DNA from: a virus | Virus genome (UHGV): UHGV-0363527 | Direction: 5' to 3' (one strand) | Length of the DNA stretch: 63,110 nucleotides | Shown here: one piece after another, positions 19,390-28,909 of the stretch | Numbering within the stretch: position 1 is the first letter of the stretch | How the letters are laid out: every line of letters begins with the position of its first letter | Made by a program: the position numbers and the translations under genes | The notes under the pieces: generated by a model | The model's database searches: none | Told to the model about the DNA's origin: nothing | Seen by the model: the letters and a program-made list of their open reading frames with translations, nothing else

Positions 19390-20127
19390 CTAGGCAGCAG
19401 GCGTGGTCGTAGTCTTAGACAGTGCATCAATGATAGCACGAGTCTGAGCGTTCTGAGACAGCTGCATCGTAAGCGCAGCGTTCTCGCGTTCCAGCCCACT
19501 GATCTTTTCCTGAGTCATGTAACCAATGATCGCCGCCTGATTAGCCTGAATGGCAGCAAGCGTCTCACAATGGTTGGCTGCCATGCGGGTCTTGATGTCA
19601 CAGAATTCCTGCTGATTCTGGAACTGATTAGCCGTAGCCTGTTCCCGAATACCAGTGGCAAGATCCTGCATACGGAGCTGCGTCTGGCAGCAGCAATCGG
19701 AAAGCTGGTGAGACAGAGCATCCGTCGCACGCTGATTAGCGTTAGACGCACGTTCGATGTTCAGATTGGTTTCGCAGCAACACGCCGAAGCAGCGTCCCG
19801 AGCGTCACGTACAGCATTGGTAATAGCGTAGGTGCTATCACAGATGCCGTTACCGACACGAGAGAACTGACCGCACTGTTCAACAGACATACCGTTCAGC
19901 TTTTCAAGGATGAGTTGGTTCGCATTGTCCAGACCATTAGGAGCCATGTTACGTCCAAACATACCGTTCCCGAATCCTCCGAAAGCAAACAAGATAATCA
20001 GGATCCACCACATCCACTGCTGACCACCCATAGCACCGCCGTTCATAGCCATCATTTCAGCGAGCTTGTTACCATCACCAGACTTAGCAAGAGTAAGGAG
20101 ATCCGCAAGAGAGCCTTGTTCCATCAT
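19390..20127 (-). CDS. hypothetical membrane-anchored coiled-coil protein with CCC motifs
   Basis: 245 aa; TM segment WMWWILIILFAFGGFGNGMF; two Cys triplets (ACCCETNL, DCCCQTQL). Confidence 0.5.
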   Translation of the reverse strand: MMEQGSLADLLTLAKSGDGNKLAEMMAMNGGAMGGQQWMWWILIILFAFGGFGNGMFGRNMAPNGLDNANQLILEKLNGMSVEQCGQFSRVGNGICDSTYAITNAVRDARDAASACCCETNLNIERASNANQRATDALSHQLSDCCCQTQLRMQDLATGIREQATANQFQNQQEFCDIKTRMAANHCETLAAIQANQAAIIGYMTQEKISGLERENAALTMQLSQNAQTRAIIDALSKTTTTPAA

Positions 20128-20240
20128 GTTTAACCTTCTAGTTAGTTAAGCGTTAGCACAGAGACAGGCAACTTAAAGTCCACCTGTCTCTGACGTAGCT
20201 AACAACTACGTTTAAGGTAACACAATGTATCTTATAAAAT

Positions 20241-20268
20241 AAGATAAGGCTTATTAGTCTTTTGTCAA
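20241..20268 (-). promoter_or_regulatory. sigma70-like promoter (TTGACA-16-TATCTT) for 20127..19390
   Basis: Reverse complement reads TTGACAaaagactaataagcctTATCTT. Confidence 0.45.
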
Positions 20269-20514
20269 GGCCAACCGTTGTTCATCCTCAGGCATGATAT
20301 GGCCATACTTTTGAAAGTATGCTTCCTTTTCTGGGTCAGAGCCCGTAGGCTCCATACTCATAATGGCTTGCATACTACACTGTGCCAACTCAAGGAAACC
20401 ACCTAGCCTGTAAAAGAACAGCTCAACGTTTTCCTTTGTGATGTCAACAGGAAGTTCAATCTCTCTGGTGACAACCTCGTTATCACAAGGAACAGAAATA
20501 GTGAACACTGACAT
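20254..20514 (-). CDS. hypothetical protein
   Basis: 86-aa ORF. Confidence 0.4.
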   Translation of the reverse strand: MSVFTISVPCDNEVVTREIELPVDITKENVELFFYRLGGFLELAQCSMQAIMSMEPTGSDPEKEAYFQKYGHIMPEDEQRLALTKD

Positions 20515-20516
20515 GT

Positions 20517-20774
20517 TTACTTACTCATCTGCTGGCAAGCCATCTTCAGCAGCTTGGAGAACTGATCCCACTCTTCCTGCTTGATATCCTTCGGAACTTC
20601 AAAGTCAATGTTGTAGTCCTTGCCATTACAGGTAGCCTTGATTTCAAACTTAGTCATGTTTCTTTGCCTTTTCTTCAAGAAAGATTGAGGGTTGGTAATT
20701 GTCACACGTATCACAAGTACATTTGTCTGGGTACATCCAGTCAGTACATTGGTCTTTATACTGCTGGTCTTCAT
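20517..20774 (-). CDS. hypothetical small protein (overlaps alternative Cys-rich ORF 20650..20853)
   Basis: 85-aa ORF; real start may be the internal Met (MTKFEIK...). Confidence 0.3.
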   Translation of the reverse strand: MKTSSIKTNVLTGCTQTNVLVIRVTITNPQSFLKKRQRNMTKFEIKATCNGKDYNIDFEVPKDIKQEEWDQFSKLLKMACQQMSK

Positions 20775-20788
20775 ACCAATGACAAGTA

Positions 20789-21475
20789 CTAGGTCTCTTT
20801 TGAGGACTCTGCTGTGTGCGGAAGAACATACACAAGGTCTCTAGCAAGCTCATCTACTTCCTCCTTATAAAGTTGATAGATGTCTTCAAACACAGGCGGA
20901 AAGAGTTTATGCATATCACTCAGCAGCCGTAGCATAATGTATCGCATGTCCGGATGAGCATCCTTTGCACACCTAAGTTTGAGGATAGTTCTCCATTCTC
21001 GAAGGTTAGCTGTAACTACGATGTCTGTAGCCAAGGAGTTAGGCAACACAGAACGTGCCTGTTGAGGTGTACAACTGTTCTGCATCATATGCTGGTATGA
21101 CTCTTCAGCGTTAAGCATCGCATTAACCCAAAGTTCATATGGATAAGCATCCATACTAGCGGGCCTTACGAACTCAATGTCCTTATCCTTGTAGTTGCAA
21201 TATCTAGTACTTTCTTGAGCGAAACTCGCAAGGCGGTGACGCACCAGTTCATGAGAGATACCACGGTCAACCCGAAAGTGTGCAGTAGCGTACCCGTGTT
21301 CGAGCATAGCTTCGTGCCCTCGACGTACAAGTCGCTCGATGAAAGCCACGTGAGAAGTTTCATTGATTTTATCCTCCGATTTATAACAGGTACGTCCAGC
21401 GTCTTCAATCGTTTGCATGATGAAGTGTGGAGCAGATTGCAAAGAGACTATGACAGAAGGATCAATTACTTTCAT
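20789..21475 (-). CDS. thyX: FAD-dependent thymidylate synthase ThyX
   Basis: ThyX signature RHRLASFAQESTRY (RHRxxxxxxxS) read in the translation; 228 aa. Confidence 0.8.
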   Translation of the reverse strand: MKVIDPSVIVSLQSAPHFIMQTIEDAGRTCYKSEDKINETSHVAFIERLVRRGHEAMLEHGYATAHFRVDRGISHELVRHRLASFAQESTRYCNYKDKDIEFVRPASMDAYPYELWVNAMLNAEESYQHMMQNSCTPQQARSVLPNSLATDIVVTANLREWRTILKLRCAKDAHPDMRYIMLRLLSDMHKLFPPVFEDIYQLYKEEVDELARDLVYVLPHTAESSKET

Positions 21476-22418
21476 GAGCAGCCTTCAGATAGATGCTAGG
21501 GTCTTGGAAACCATACATCGTAAAGCCTGCTGCATTCTTATGACCACGAATACCAGCAACGGTAGTAAGGTCGTTATCACCTTCAGAGCGCATACTGAAG
21601 TGCCATTCCTTTCCGTCCCAGTAGTACCAGCCAAAGCCAAAGTAACTATCATCAAGCTTCTGCATAGGGAAGTCATAGCTATCAGAAAGCTTTGAGTTCA
21701 CCATGAGGAACTTCTTGCCTTCAATCACCATGTCATGCACATTACGTTCTCGTTCCTCTGCAAGGCCAAGACGATACATGTGTGCAACATTACCCATGTT
21801 GATAAGCTGCAAGACTACATCCCACTTCATACGCTTAGCACGTTCTTCGTCAGGTGCATCTGCAGGAAGAGTGTCAATAGTTTCGAAGCACGCTTTCCAG
21901 AACTCATAACCATCTTCCGTAGCAGGGTCGGTGATGATGAGCTTCATTCCTGTGATGAAAGGAACAATGCGTTCGTCTGCTTGATGATCCCACACATCAT
22001 ACCTACCAGTCATCCACACAGCAGGAGGCATCTTGGCTTCACCCATAAAGGTTCCCCAAGTAATCTCACAGCCAGACTGATAGATACTGTGGTACACACG
22101 GATGTAAGGCTTAGTGTCTGTACCTGTCGTATCGTAATCCTTAGCCCACACAGAAGACTTGTGGTGATCAACAACTACGATAGGAAAGCCTTTGTCATGA
22201 AGAGCCTTGAGGTCTTCTTCAGTAGGACAAAAATCAAGGAACACAAGCCGAGCACCAGCTTCAAGATCACTGAACATCTTGTTAGAGTCATACCCGTAGT
22301 TAATGGAGCGAAGGTCAAGCTCTTCGTTCTGACCGCTCTGCTCACAAGAATACTTGAAGACAGCAGCAGCGCAGTGACCATCAGCATCTTCGTGGTAAAA
22401 GACATACGTACTAGGCAT
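21462..22418 (-). CDS. DHH-family phosphoesterase (RecJ/NrnA-like exonuclease)
   Basis: N-terminal HEDADGHCAA (DxD motif) and VVVDHHKS (DHH motif). Confidence 0.65.
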   Translation of the reverse strand: MPSTYVFYHEDADGHCAAAVFKYSCEQSGQNEELDLRSINYGYDSNKMFSDLEAGARLVFLDFCPTEEDLKALHDKGFPIVVVDHHKSSVWAKDYDTTGTDTKPYIRVYHSIYQSGCEITWGTFMGEAKMPPAVWMTGRYDVWDHQADERIVPFITGMKLIITDPATEDGYEFWKACFETIDTLPADAPDEERAKRMKWDVVLQLINMGNVAHMYRLGLAEERERNVHDMVIEGKKFLMVNSKLSDSYDFPMQKLDDSYFGFGWYYWDGKEWHFSMRSEGDNDLTTVAGIRGHKNAAGFTMYGFQDPSIYLKAAHESN

Positions 22419-22815
22419 TGAGTTCTACTCCTTGTGCAAAAGGTGCAACAGCATCAGCTTCCACAGCAGCTTGAGCTGCCTGCTGGTCAAGCCTAAAGAT
22501 CTGCTTAACATCAATCATCTTAAGACCATCTTCATCACACCAACGGATAGGACACTTAAGCTCATGTGCAATAATGCGAGCACGTTCACAGTCAGGCTGA
22601 AAGTCAATATAGACTACAGCGTCATCCTTTGTGATGACAGTACCTTTCTCACTGAAGTCTGCACTGTCTTTCACATGCATGAATACAACGTCATATCCGT
22701 CAAACTTACCAGCTGCTGCTGCATAGTTCTCAAGCAGGCTAAGTATGAGCTTATCTTGGAAGACGAAGTATACCTTACCCATTCTGCACCTCTTCCTTAA
22801 CCTCAGGCTGTGCAT
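22411..22815 (-). CDS. hypothetical protein
   Basis: 134-aa ORF. Confidence 0.4.
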   Translation of the reverse strand: MHSLRLRKRCRMGKVYFVFQDKLILSLLENYAAAAGKFDGYDVVFMHVKDSADFSEKGTVITKDDAVVYIDFQPDCERARIIAHELKCPIRWCDEDGLKMIDVKQIFRLDQQAAQAAVEADAVAPFAQGVELNA

Positions 22816-23293
22816 CCTGTTCCTTCTTTACTTCCGCAAGAGCTTCTTCAAAGCCAAGACGCTTGCACCACACAAGAGAAGCATAGTGTGCAATCTTTAG
22901 CAGGTCACGCGTAGCTTCAAGCTCACCACGAGAGTTAGATTCCATGCGGTTCACGTACTTCTGAATCTGCTTGATACAGTCATCAGCAGACCAAGAAGCA
23001 ACATTGTCATCAGGGAAGTCACCATACTGGGGAACAGTGTACTCTTCAACGTGTCTGCCTACTTCATCAGCAAAGCAGTCCCAAAGAAGAAGACGATTAG
23101 AACGAGGACTGTATTCGTCACTGGCTTCATTCTCCTTAGCTACATCTTTCACCCAGTTCTCAACAGCCAACTGAGCACGCACTTCTTCCAACACAGCTTC
23201 CTTATTAACCGACATACATATCTTCCTTTCTTTTCTTTTGTTCATGAGGTTCAATCTTCCAACAGACAACATGTCCAACATCCTGTCCTTCAC
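22775..23293 (-). CDS. hypothetical protein
   Basis: 172-aa ORF. Confidence 0.4.
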   Translation of the reverse strand: MKDRMLDMLSVGRLNLMNKRKERKICMSVNKEAVLEEVRAQLAVENWVKDVAKENEASDEYSPRSNRLLLWDCFADEVGRHVEEYTVPQYGDFPDDNVASWSADDCIKQIQKYVNRMESNSRGELEATRDLLKIAHYASLVWCKRLGFEEALAEVKKEQDAQPEVKEEVQNG

Positions 23294-23438
23294 GCTCAGC
23301 CAAACGCTTGGCTACTTCTGGAATACGCTTGCTTGCTTCTTCCTGAGCTTCACCTTCGCTTGTCGCGTTGATGAACATCTGAGTTGTAACATACTTTCCG
23401 TTGGCTCCTCTACCACGATAACGAGCACGGAACTTCAT
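23205..23438 (-). CDS. hypothetical small protein
   Basis: 77-aa ORF. Confidence 0.35.
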   Translation of the reverse strand: MKFRARYRGRGANGKYVTTQMFINATSEGEAQEEASKRIPEVAKRLAEREGQDVGHVVCWKIEPHEQKKRKEDMYVG

Positions 23439-23446
23439 ATCAACTC

Positions 23447-23806
23447 CTAGTACAGCCAGATGGTTGGGCTCGGCTTCTTGGGATCGCTATCCACATGGAT
23501 GAAAGACTTAGCGACACCGATACGAGTGAAGCCTGCTGTAATAAGAGCCTGAACAATCTTGAACTTCTGTTCACCAGTAGCCGCACTGATATCAGCAGCG
23601 TACCCAGTTGTATGGGATGAGCCAGCTACACCACCAACAGCTTTGTTGTGTGCAGGACAACGGTATCCAGAAGTAATGACGAAAGGAATACCGGCGATTT
23701 CGCGTGCAAGGGTAAGCTTATCCACAAACTCTTGGTTCATTTCGTTTGTGTTACACCCACACTTACACTGAAATTCTTTTGCCTTGAAATACTTTGTGTC
23801 TTTCAT
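23447..23806 (-). CDS. peptidase M15 family cell-wall hydrolase (endolysin candidate)
   Basis: SGYRCPAHNKAVGGVAGSSHTTGYAADI matches the Peptidase_M15 (YcbK / T5 L-Ala-D-Glu peptidase type) zinc-binding H...D...H arrangement. Confidence 0.65.
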   Translation of the reverse strand: MKDTKYFKAKEFQCKCGCNTNEMNQEFVDKLTLAREIAGIPFVITSGYRCPAHNKAVGGVAGSSHTTGYAADISAATGEQKFKIVQALITAGFTRIGVAKSFIHVDSDPKKPSPTIWLY

Positions 23807-24075
23807 TTTTTCTTTACCTTAAAGTTAAGAGGCTCTACAACACGACGGCACACTGTCGACGCAATGTAGCAAGCTTTCTCAAACACCTTGCAGAACTGGC
23901 AGGGTTTAACTCCTGCTTTCTTCAAGGATGCTGGAGGTGTTGTTTCCTCTCTGTTTGTGCACTGACGACACATCCTTGGCAACGTACCCCAGTAAGGATC
24001 ATCCTTCCTACGAGAAGGAATTGGAACCTCATCAGAATGTTTAAGTGCCTTGTTAATCATATCGAAGAAGCTCAC
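23803..24075 (-). CDS. small Cys-rich protein
   Basis: 90 aa, CRQC...CQFC...C pattern. Confidence 0.4.
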   Translation of the reverse strand: MSFFDMINKALKHSDEVPIPSRRKDDPYWGTLPRMCRQCTNREETTPPASLKKAGVKPCQFCKVFEKACYIASTVCRRVVEPLNFKVKKK

Positions 24076-25202
24076 TCATAATCCCTTATGGCTGTGACTA
24101 CTGGGTTTCCGATGGGGGTTCCATCCTTAGAGAAGTCAGAGCAACGTACTGTTGCCTTCTTACCTATCCAAGTATTGAAGTCTAAACAACCCCTCCGATA
24201 TGCTTCTTGTCGTTGTGCTTTTGTCCAGCATGGAACAGAAGAGAAAGGTTTACCTTTGTTAAAGAACTCAAAGATAATACATTTATCTACGTCTGCTGAG
24301 AACCCTGTGACTTTGTATTCAGTGTCTCTAAAGTTCTTATACTTCAGAAGATCATAAGACCTAACACCTTGCCGATACTTAGCACTGTACTTACGCAGCA
24401 TCAGTCCTTCATATCCTTCTGCAAGATAGTCTTCTTGTTTCTTCTTTATATTAACTATTCCTTTGACATAGTCAATAGGGCAAGCCATAACTTTTTTAAG
24501 ATCTTTATCTGCAAGCAAAGCACGATAACGTGCAATACGTTCAAACTGAAGTTCTTCACTGATAGTGTCATACACCCAGTACTGCAACTTGTTTGTGGCA
24601 GGACTGTATGCTTTGACAGCAGACACTATGTCTTGCAGTGGCATACCATGACAGTAGATCTCACCGTCCCATACACATCCATCAGGCATAACTTCAAACA
24701 ACTCTTTGCAGAGTTTGTTATGATGATACAAGACATCGTATACTTTACCTGTTCTTGACAGGAAGGTTATTTTGTCACCGTGTCTTTGAACTGTACAACG
24801 TACACCGTTGAGCTTAGGTTGACAGATATAGATCGTGTCGTCATTGACTTTGTTTTGATGATCTATATAAGACTGAGCTAGCATAGGACGAATAGGGAGA
24901 GCAGACAACTCAGCCTTGCTCTCCCTGTATCCCTTATCAAGCTGCTTCTTGAACCTAGACTTAGTTTCATTTACAGCTTGTTGTAGCGCAGTCGTAGCAT
25001 TCTTCTTGCCAGCATTCTTACCACAGTTATAGGTACGAGTAGTCTCCTTAAGAGTACCGCCTTCGTAACCAGACTGGATAAGTATACTGGCTGTACCGTC
25101 TTCGTTTTCATATGCATGAGCTTGCCACGTCATTGTCTTGCCGTTAGCTGTCAGTGCATAAAGAAGAGCGGTACTATATGCTTTTACGCTGCCTTCTTGC
25201 AT
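24072..25202 (-). CDS. ATP-dependent DNA ligase
   Basis: Adenylation motif I around CQPKLNGVRC (KxNG variant of KxDG), downstream LMLRK and K..K-type motifs; 376 aa with an extra N-terminal domain. Confidence 0.7.
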   Translation of the reverse strand: MQEGSVKAYSTALLYALTANGKTMTWQAHAYENEDGTASILIQSGYEGGTLKETTRTYNCGKNAGKKNATTALQQAVNETKSRFKKQLDKGYRESKAELSALPIRPMLAQSYIDHQNKVNDDTIYICQPKLNGVRCTVQRHGDKITFLSRTGKVYDVLYHHNKLCKELFEVMPDGCVWDGEIYCHGMPLQDIVSAVKAYSPATNKLQYWVYDTISEELQFERIARYRALLADKDLKKVMACPIDYVKGIVNIKKKQEDYLAEGYEGLMLRKYSAKYRQGVRSYDLLKYKNFRDTEYKVTGFSADVDKCIIFEFFNKGKPFSSVPCWTKAQRQEAYRRGCLDFNTWIGKKATVRCSDFSKDGTPIGNPVVTAIRDYE

Positions 25203-25474
25203 TCGTCTTCCTTTGTGCTGGTAAGAGTAATAACTTCAGAAGGTGAAGTTTCATCCTTCACATATCTATCATTAACCACTCCTGTGGAATTGTCAACGAT
25301 ATCTTCTGCAACTTTCTTACTCAACTTACCAAACACTCTGACAGACTTCTTTGTCTTACCACAACGAGAACACTTGAACTGTTCGACTTCAATGCGGATG
25401 ATATCATACGCAGTGCCAGTCCACACTTCAGTACTTTCCCAGTTGTGGTCTTTAAAGAAACACATCAATCCCAT
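25184..25474 (-). CDS. hypothetical protein
   Basis: 96-aa ORF. Confidence 0.35.
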   Translation of the reverse strand: MGLMCFFKDHNWESTEVWTGTAYDIIRIEVEQFKCSRCGKTKKSVRVFGKLSKKVAEDIVDNSTGVVNDRYVKDETSPSEVITLTSTKEDECKKAA

Positions 25475-25487
25475 TTGTTACCTCAGC

Positions 25488-25796
25488 TTACGCTGCGTGA
25501 CGGTAATGCTCGTGCTCCTTGTATCCTTCCATCTTACGGACTTTCATGTCAGCAATCAGGCGGATAGCAGAAGCAGCAACCTGACAGGCTTCTTCACAAA
25601 TCGCAGTAGTGTCACGCCATCTCTCCGGTTTGTAAAGCTCATGTTTCAGCTCGGCCATCTCTTCTTTGAGAATCCAAGCAGAATGCTCGATAGACGGATG
25701 CGTATCAGGATGACGCTTGTGCGCGTCCTTGATGGCTTCCTTTACTTCTTCGAGTGCTTCCATGTTTGCCTGTTCTACAAGTCTTTCGTTCGACAT
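25488..25796 (-). CDS. hypothetical acidic helical protein (possible MazG-like pyrophosphohydrolase, weak)
   Basis: 102 aa, E-rich helices; overlaps the 3' end of the endonuclease I ORF, so the start is uncertain. Confidence 0.3.
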   Translation of the reverse strand: MSNERLVEQANMEALEEVKEAIKDAHKRHPDTHPSIEHSAWILKEEMAELKHELYKPERWRDTTAICEEACQVAASAIRLIADMKVRKMEGYKEHEHYRHAA

Positions 25797-26238
25797 TAGT
25801 ACTATTACTCTCAGCTAAGGTATCAAGTGAACAGACTTTATAGCCGTGCTTTTCTGCCCACTCTTTGTACGTAGTTCTTCTGGACGAAGACTTAGTAACA
25901 ACTTTGTTTTCATCCATAAAAAGAAACTGTATGTTCAAGTCTGGATACTGACTGCGTACCTGTGCCATCTTTGACCGAGCGGAGGGGTCAAAGAAACCTT
26001 TGCTTTCAAGTATTATCTCTGTACCATCAGCAAGGGTTAATCTAAAATCAGGTGTGTACTTACGCACAGCAGGTTGCCACGGTATACTGAATGGTTCGTA
26101 TTCCCATTCTATACCAAGTGAGTCAAACTTCTTAGCTAAGTCAGCTTCAAACTTAGACTTAAAGAGTACATTTTTATACTTTGTTCGCTTTACACCGCGC
26201 ACTGCGTTCCTCCCTGTGCAGGGCAAGATGGTCAGCAT
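25705..26238 (-). CDS. T7-type endonuclease I (Holliday junction resolvase, gp3-like)
   Basis: GIEWEYEPFSIPW..YTPDFRL..GTEIILESKG..YPDLNIQFLF..YKEWAEKHGYK aligns with T7 endo I (FEYEEWKVPYVIP..YTPDFLL..ETKG..HPELDIRIVF..YGEFCEKHGIK); PD-(D/E)xK residues present. Confidence 0.75.
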   Translation of the reverse strand: MLTILPCTGRNAVRGVKRTKYKNVLFKSKFEADLAKKFDSLGIEWEYEPFSIPWQPAVRKYTPDFRLTLADGTEIILESKGFFDPSARSKMAQVRSQYPDLNIQFLFMDENKVVTKSSSRRTTYKEWAEKHGYKVCSLDTLAESNSTNVERKTCRTGKHGSTRRSKGSHQGRAQASS

Positions 26239-26671
26239 TAGTCATAAGTTGAAGATTGTACCACCTGTTGTCTGCTTTATTTTTGTTTTTATGGTGAACT
26301 ACATAACCTTTAGGCAGGCTGTCTAAACCTTCGTGCTTACAGCATACTAACACATGAGCTTGAACTCTACAGTTATTTACTGTGCCTTTCCACCAAGAAG
26401 GTGGCGGCACCCATATATAACCTCTCTGGTCTACTGTTGGTCCTTGCACACGAGTAGCACTGTTATAAATACCTCGTCTTCGATAAGACTCGCTTGATCT
26501 AATTCGCCGTTCTTCTGGGGTTAAGTAGAGTCTAGCTATACGTTTGATGTTAGATTCTGAGTACTCAAACATAACTGCTATCTCTTCACAAGTTAGCGTG
26601 TTAAGTTTAAGAATACGCACTATCTCATCAACCGGATAAGCTAGACCTCGTACATACTTACGCTTCCTCAC
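26174..26671 (-). CDS. HNH homing endonuclease with N-terminal HTH
   Basis: HHKNKNKADNRWYNLQLMTNADHLALH HNH motif; paralogue of 26893..27411 and 31657..32250. Confidence 0.7.
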   Translation of the reverse strand: MRKRKYVRGLAYPVDEIVRILKLNTLTCEEIAVMFEYSESNIKRIARLYLTPEERRIRSSESYRRRGIYNSATRVQGPTVDQRGYIWVPPPSWWKGTVNNCRVQAHVLVCCKHEGLDSLPKGYVVHHKNKNKADNRWYNLQLMTNADHLALHREERSARCKANKV

Positions 26672-26689
26672 ATATGCACACTACCTCTG

Positions 26690-26875
26690 TTAAGGCAACC
26701 AGATAACCTTAGCCAGCTGAGCAGTATCCACAAGAGGAGATTCATAACCACAACCAAAACATTTAACAAAGAACATCCCGCTCATCGTTTTGTATATGTC
26801 AAGATGTTTACTGGAACATACTTGGCATGTACTCCCGTTTTCCAGCGGGCACAGTTTCATAACTGGCTCGTCCAA
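26690..26875 (-). CDS. small Cys4 zinc-ribbon protein
   Basis: 61 aa, CPLENGSTCQVC ... CFGCGYE. Confidence 0.4.
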   Translation of the reverse strand: MDEPVMKLCPLENGSTCQVCSSKHLDIYKTMSGMFFVKCFGCGYESPLVDTAQLAKVIWLP

Positions 26876-26892
26876 AGTTTACCTCCAATGCA

Positions 26893-27411
26893 TTATACAC
26901 TGTACTCACGTACATACAAAGACTCCTCATCTATTGCACGACACAACCTTCTATTTCTATGCAGCTTAGCATGATCTTTGTGTAGCATAAGTACTAAGTT
27001 TTTACCTCTATTATCTGTCTTGTTTCCGTTGATGTGATGTACTGCATAACCGGTAGGAAGTTTGTCTAAACCCATACGCTTACAGCAAACAAGATGGTGG
27101 GACAGAGTTCGTCCTTTCGATGTTGTGCCCTTCCACCACTTCGGTGTAGTTGACCATAGGTATGCATTATACAATCTTGGCCCAGCATATGTAGGTTTAT
27201 AAGCTCTCCTAAAGTTTTCCTGTCGTTTAACTTCTGAGCTACGCTTACGCCTAAAGTCTTTAGAACATAGTATATTCATCCAGTTATGTAATATCTTGCT
27301 GTCTACACCATACTTCTTAGAAAGCTTTCTAATAGAGGTAGTGGTTTCAAATAAATCTGTCATAAACGATAGAATATCAAAACCTTTAGTTAGACCTAAA
27401 GACAAACTCAT
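26893..27411 (-). CDS. HNH homing endonuclease
   Basis: HHINGNKTDNRGKNLVLMLHKDHAKLH. Confidence 0.7.
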   Translation of the reverse strand: MSLSLGLTKGFDILSFMTDLFETTTSIRKLSKKYGVDSKILHNWMNILCSKDFRRKRSSEVKRQENFRRAYKPTYAGPRLYNAYLWSTTPKWWKGTTSKGRTLSHHLVCCKRMGLDKLPTGYAVHHINGNKTDNRGKNLVLMLHKDHAKLHRNRRLCRAIDEESLYVREYSV

Positions 27412-27836
27412 TATTGCATAACATACTCCGGTTGAGTGTCAATCAGCGGTGAAGACATATACCCCTTGCTGAAGTCAAACTCACCATTAACCAAAGCCTG
27501 ATACAGCACAGATGCAAGCGTAGATATCTGCGTGTGGTTGAGCTTGAGGTCAGAGTGAACATCTGCAAATTCAATCAGTTCATGAATCATATTGCTGCCA
27601 AAAATGGCGGGCTTTTCAGGATTGTGGTATGCACTGATGGTAGTCGTCTGAGGATCATATTGTGCAAGCACAACATCAGTCTTCTGACCGTCCTCCACTA
27701 CCTCAATAGGGTCACTGAAAACTTTTACGCTTACGTCGTGACCGAACACGCTGAGCGAGCTAGGATAATCCATATTAGATACCTGCCTTTGCAATGTCTT
27801 GAATGTTTTGTTCAAGCATCTGGATGGTACGCTCAA
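27411..27836 (-). CDS. hypothetical protein
   Basis: 141-aa ORF, ATGA overlap with downstream HNH gene. Confidence 0.4.
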   Translation of the reverse strand: MSVPSRCLNKTFKTLQRQVSNMDYPSSLSVFGHDVSVKVFSDPIEVVEDGQKTDVVLAQYDPQTTTISAYHNPEKPAIFGSNMIHELIEFADVHSDLKLNHTQISTLASVLYQALVNGEFDFSKGYMSSPLIDTQPEYVMQ

Positions 27837-27969
27837 GTTCTGCTTCCGTCATGAGCTTGGCACGAATGCCAACATCCACGAGAAGAATGGGAAGATTGAA
27901 TACAACCAGCGTACCCCAGTACACATTGGCCACACACCGCCAGATAGTCCCAATGAATTTCTTAATCAT
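27775..27969 (-). CDS. small membrane protein (start trimmed to internal Met)
   Basis: TM segment IWRCVANVYWGTLVVFNLPILLVDV; trimmed from the 98-aa ORF to avoid overlap. Confidence 0.3.
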   Translation of the reverse strand: MIKKFIGTIWRCVANVYWGTLVVFNLPILLVDVGIRAKLMTEAELERTIQMLEQNIQDIAKAGI

Positions 27970-28144
27970 TCGTATACTCACAGGCTTGAAGTTCAAAGGT
28001 AATGCCAAGAGTTTCCTCAATGGCTTTCCTAATGTTGTCTTTAAAGTGTACTCTTTCTTTGAACACACCAACTACTTTTGTATCGTTGCATTCTGTATCG
28101 GGATTATACACATGGCTAAGAAGGACATATACTTGCATGCTCAT
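27962..28144 (-). CDS. hypothetical small protein
   Basis: 60-aa ORF. Confidence 0.3.
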   Translation of the reverse strand: MSMQVYVLLSHVYNPDTECNDTKVVGVFKERVHFKDNIRKAIEETLGITFELQACEYTND

Positions 28145-28197
28145 TCCTTGTAATAGGTGAGGTAACCTTAGCTACCTCACCTGTAAAAAGTTAAGCA

Positions 28198-28506
28198 CTA
28201 TGCAGTTGCCTTCGCTGCTAGGATATCTTTGAGAGGAGCTACGTATTCAAACCGTTCCTTCTGCTGCACGTCAGGGTACTTCTCCTTGTCTACATCAGAC
28301 AAGAACATGTCAATAGGTCTAACGAACAACTTGCGATCTCCATCAAGCGAACGATAAACAACAAACTCATCACCGAGTTCAGTATGTTTAGCAGTCCCAA
28401 GTACGAGATACTGGTTACCTTTGAAATGCTTGACAACAGTCATCGGTTCAAGCTTGTTCATCACTAGTCCTCTATGGTTGAGATATCCTTCATAACCTTG
28501 AAGCAA
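28198..28506 (-). CDS. DUF1653-like protein
   Basis: VVKHFKGNQYLVLGTAKHTELGDEFVVYR resembles the DUF1653 core (YRHYKGGEYEVLG..HSE..VVY). Confidence 0.5.
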   Translation of the reverse strand: MLQGYEGYLNHRGLVMNKLEPMTVVKHFKGNQYLVLGTAKHTELGDEFVVYRSLDGDRKLFVRPIDMFLSDVDKEKYPDVQQKERFEYVAPLKDILAAKATA

Positions 28507-28621
28507 CGAACGAAGTCGTCTTCCTTCAAAGTAACCTTGATACCAGACCGAAGTTGCACATCGACAATACCCTTGTCTCTATATGTAACAATGGCAGGTA
28601 TCCTCAACTCATATCTAATCA

Positions 28622-28909
28622 CTACACAATCACCTCCTTGAAGAACTTAGCATATTGTTTATAAGTCAGGAAGAGCAGGATGTCAAGGTCTTCACAGAAA
28701 GCCATGTATCCATCAGAAGCTACCGTACTTCCGCCATTGTAGTATTCCACTACAACTTTCATGTCAGACTCAAAGTCATGAACGAAAGAGATATCTTCTA
28801 CTTCTGAGTACCTGCTTACAAGGCTTTTCATCTGCTGCTTTTCTTCTTCAGAGAACTCTGACTTCTCAGGTATGCAAAGAATCTCCCAAGTTGAATCAAG
28901 CTTGTACAT
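28622..28909 (-). CDS. hypothetical protein (start trimmed to internal Met)
   Basis: ORF 28622..29011 overlaps the upstream gene; Met at 28909 resolves this. Confidence 0.35.
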   Translation of the reverse strand: MYKLDSTWEILCIPEKSEFSEEEKQQMKSLVSRYSEVEDISFVHDFESDMKVVVEYYNGGSTVASDGYMAFCEDLDILLFLTYKQYAKFFKEVIV

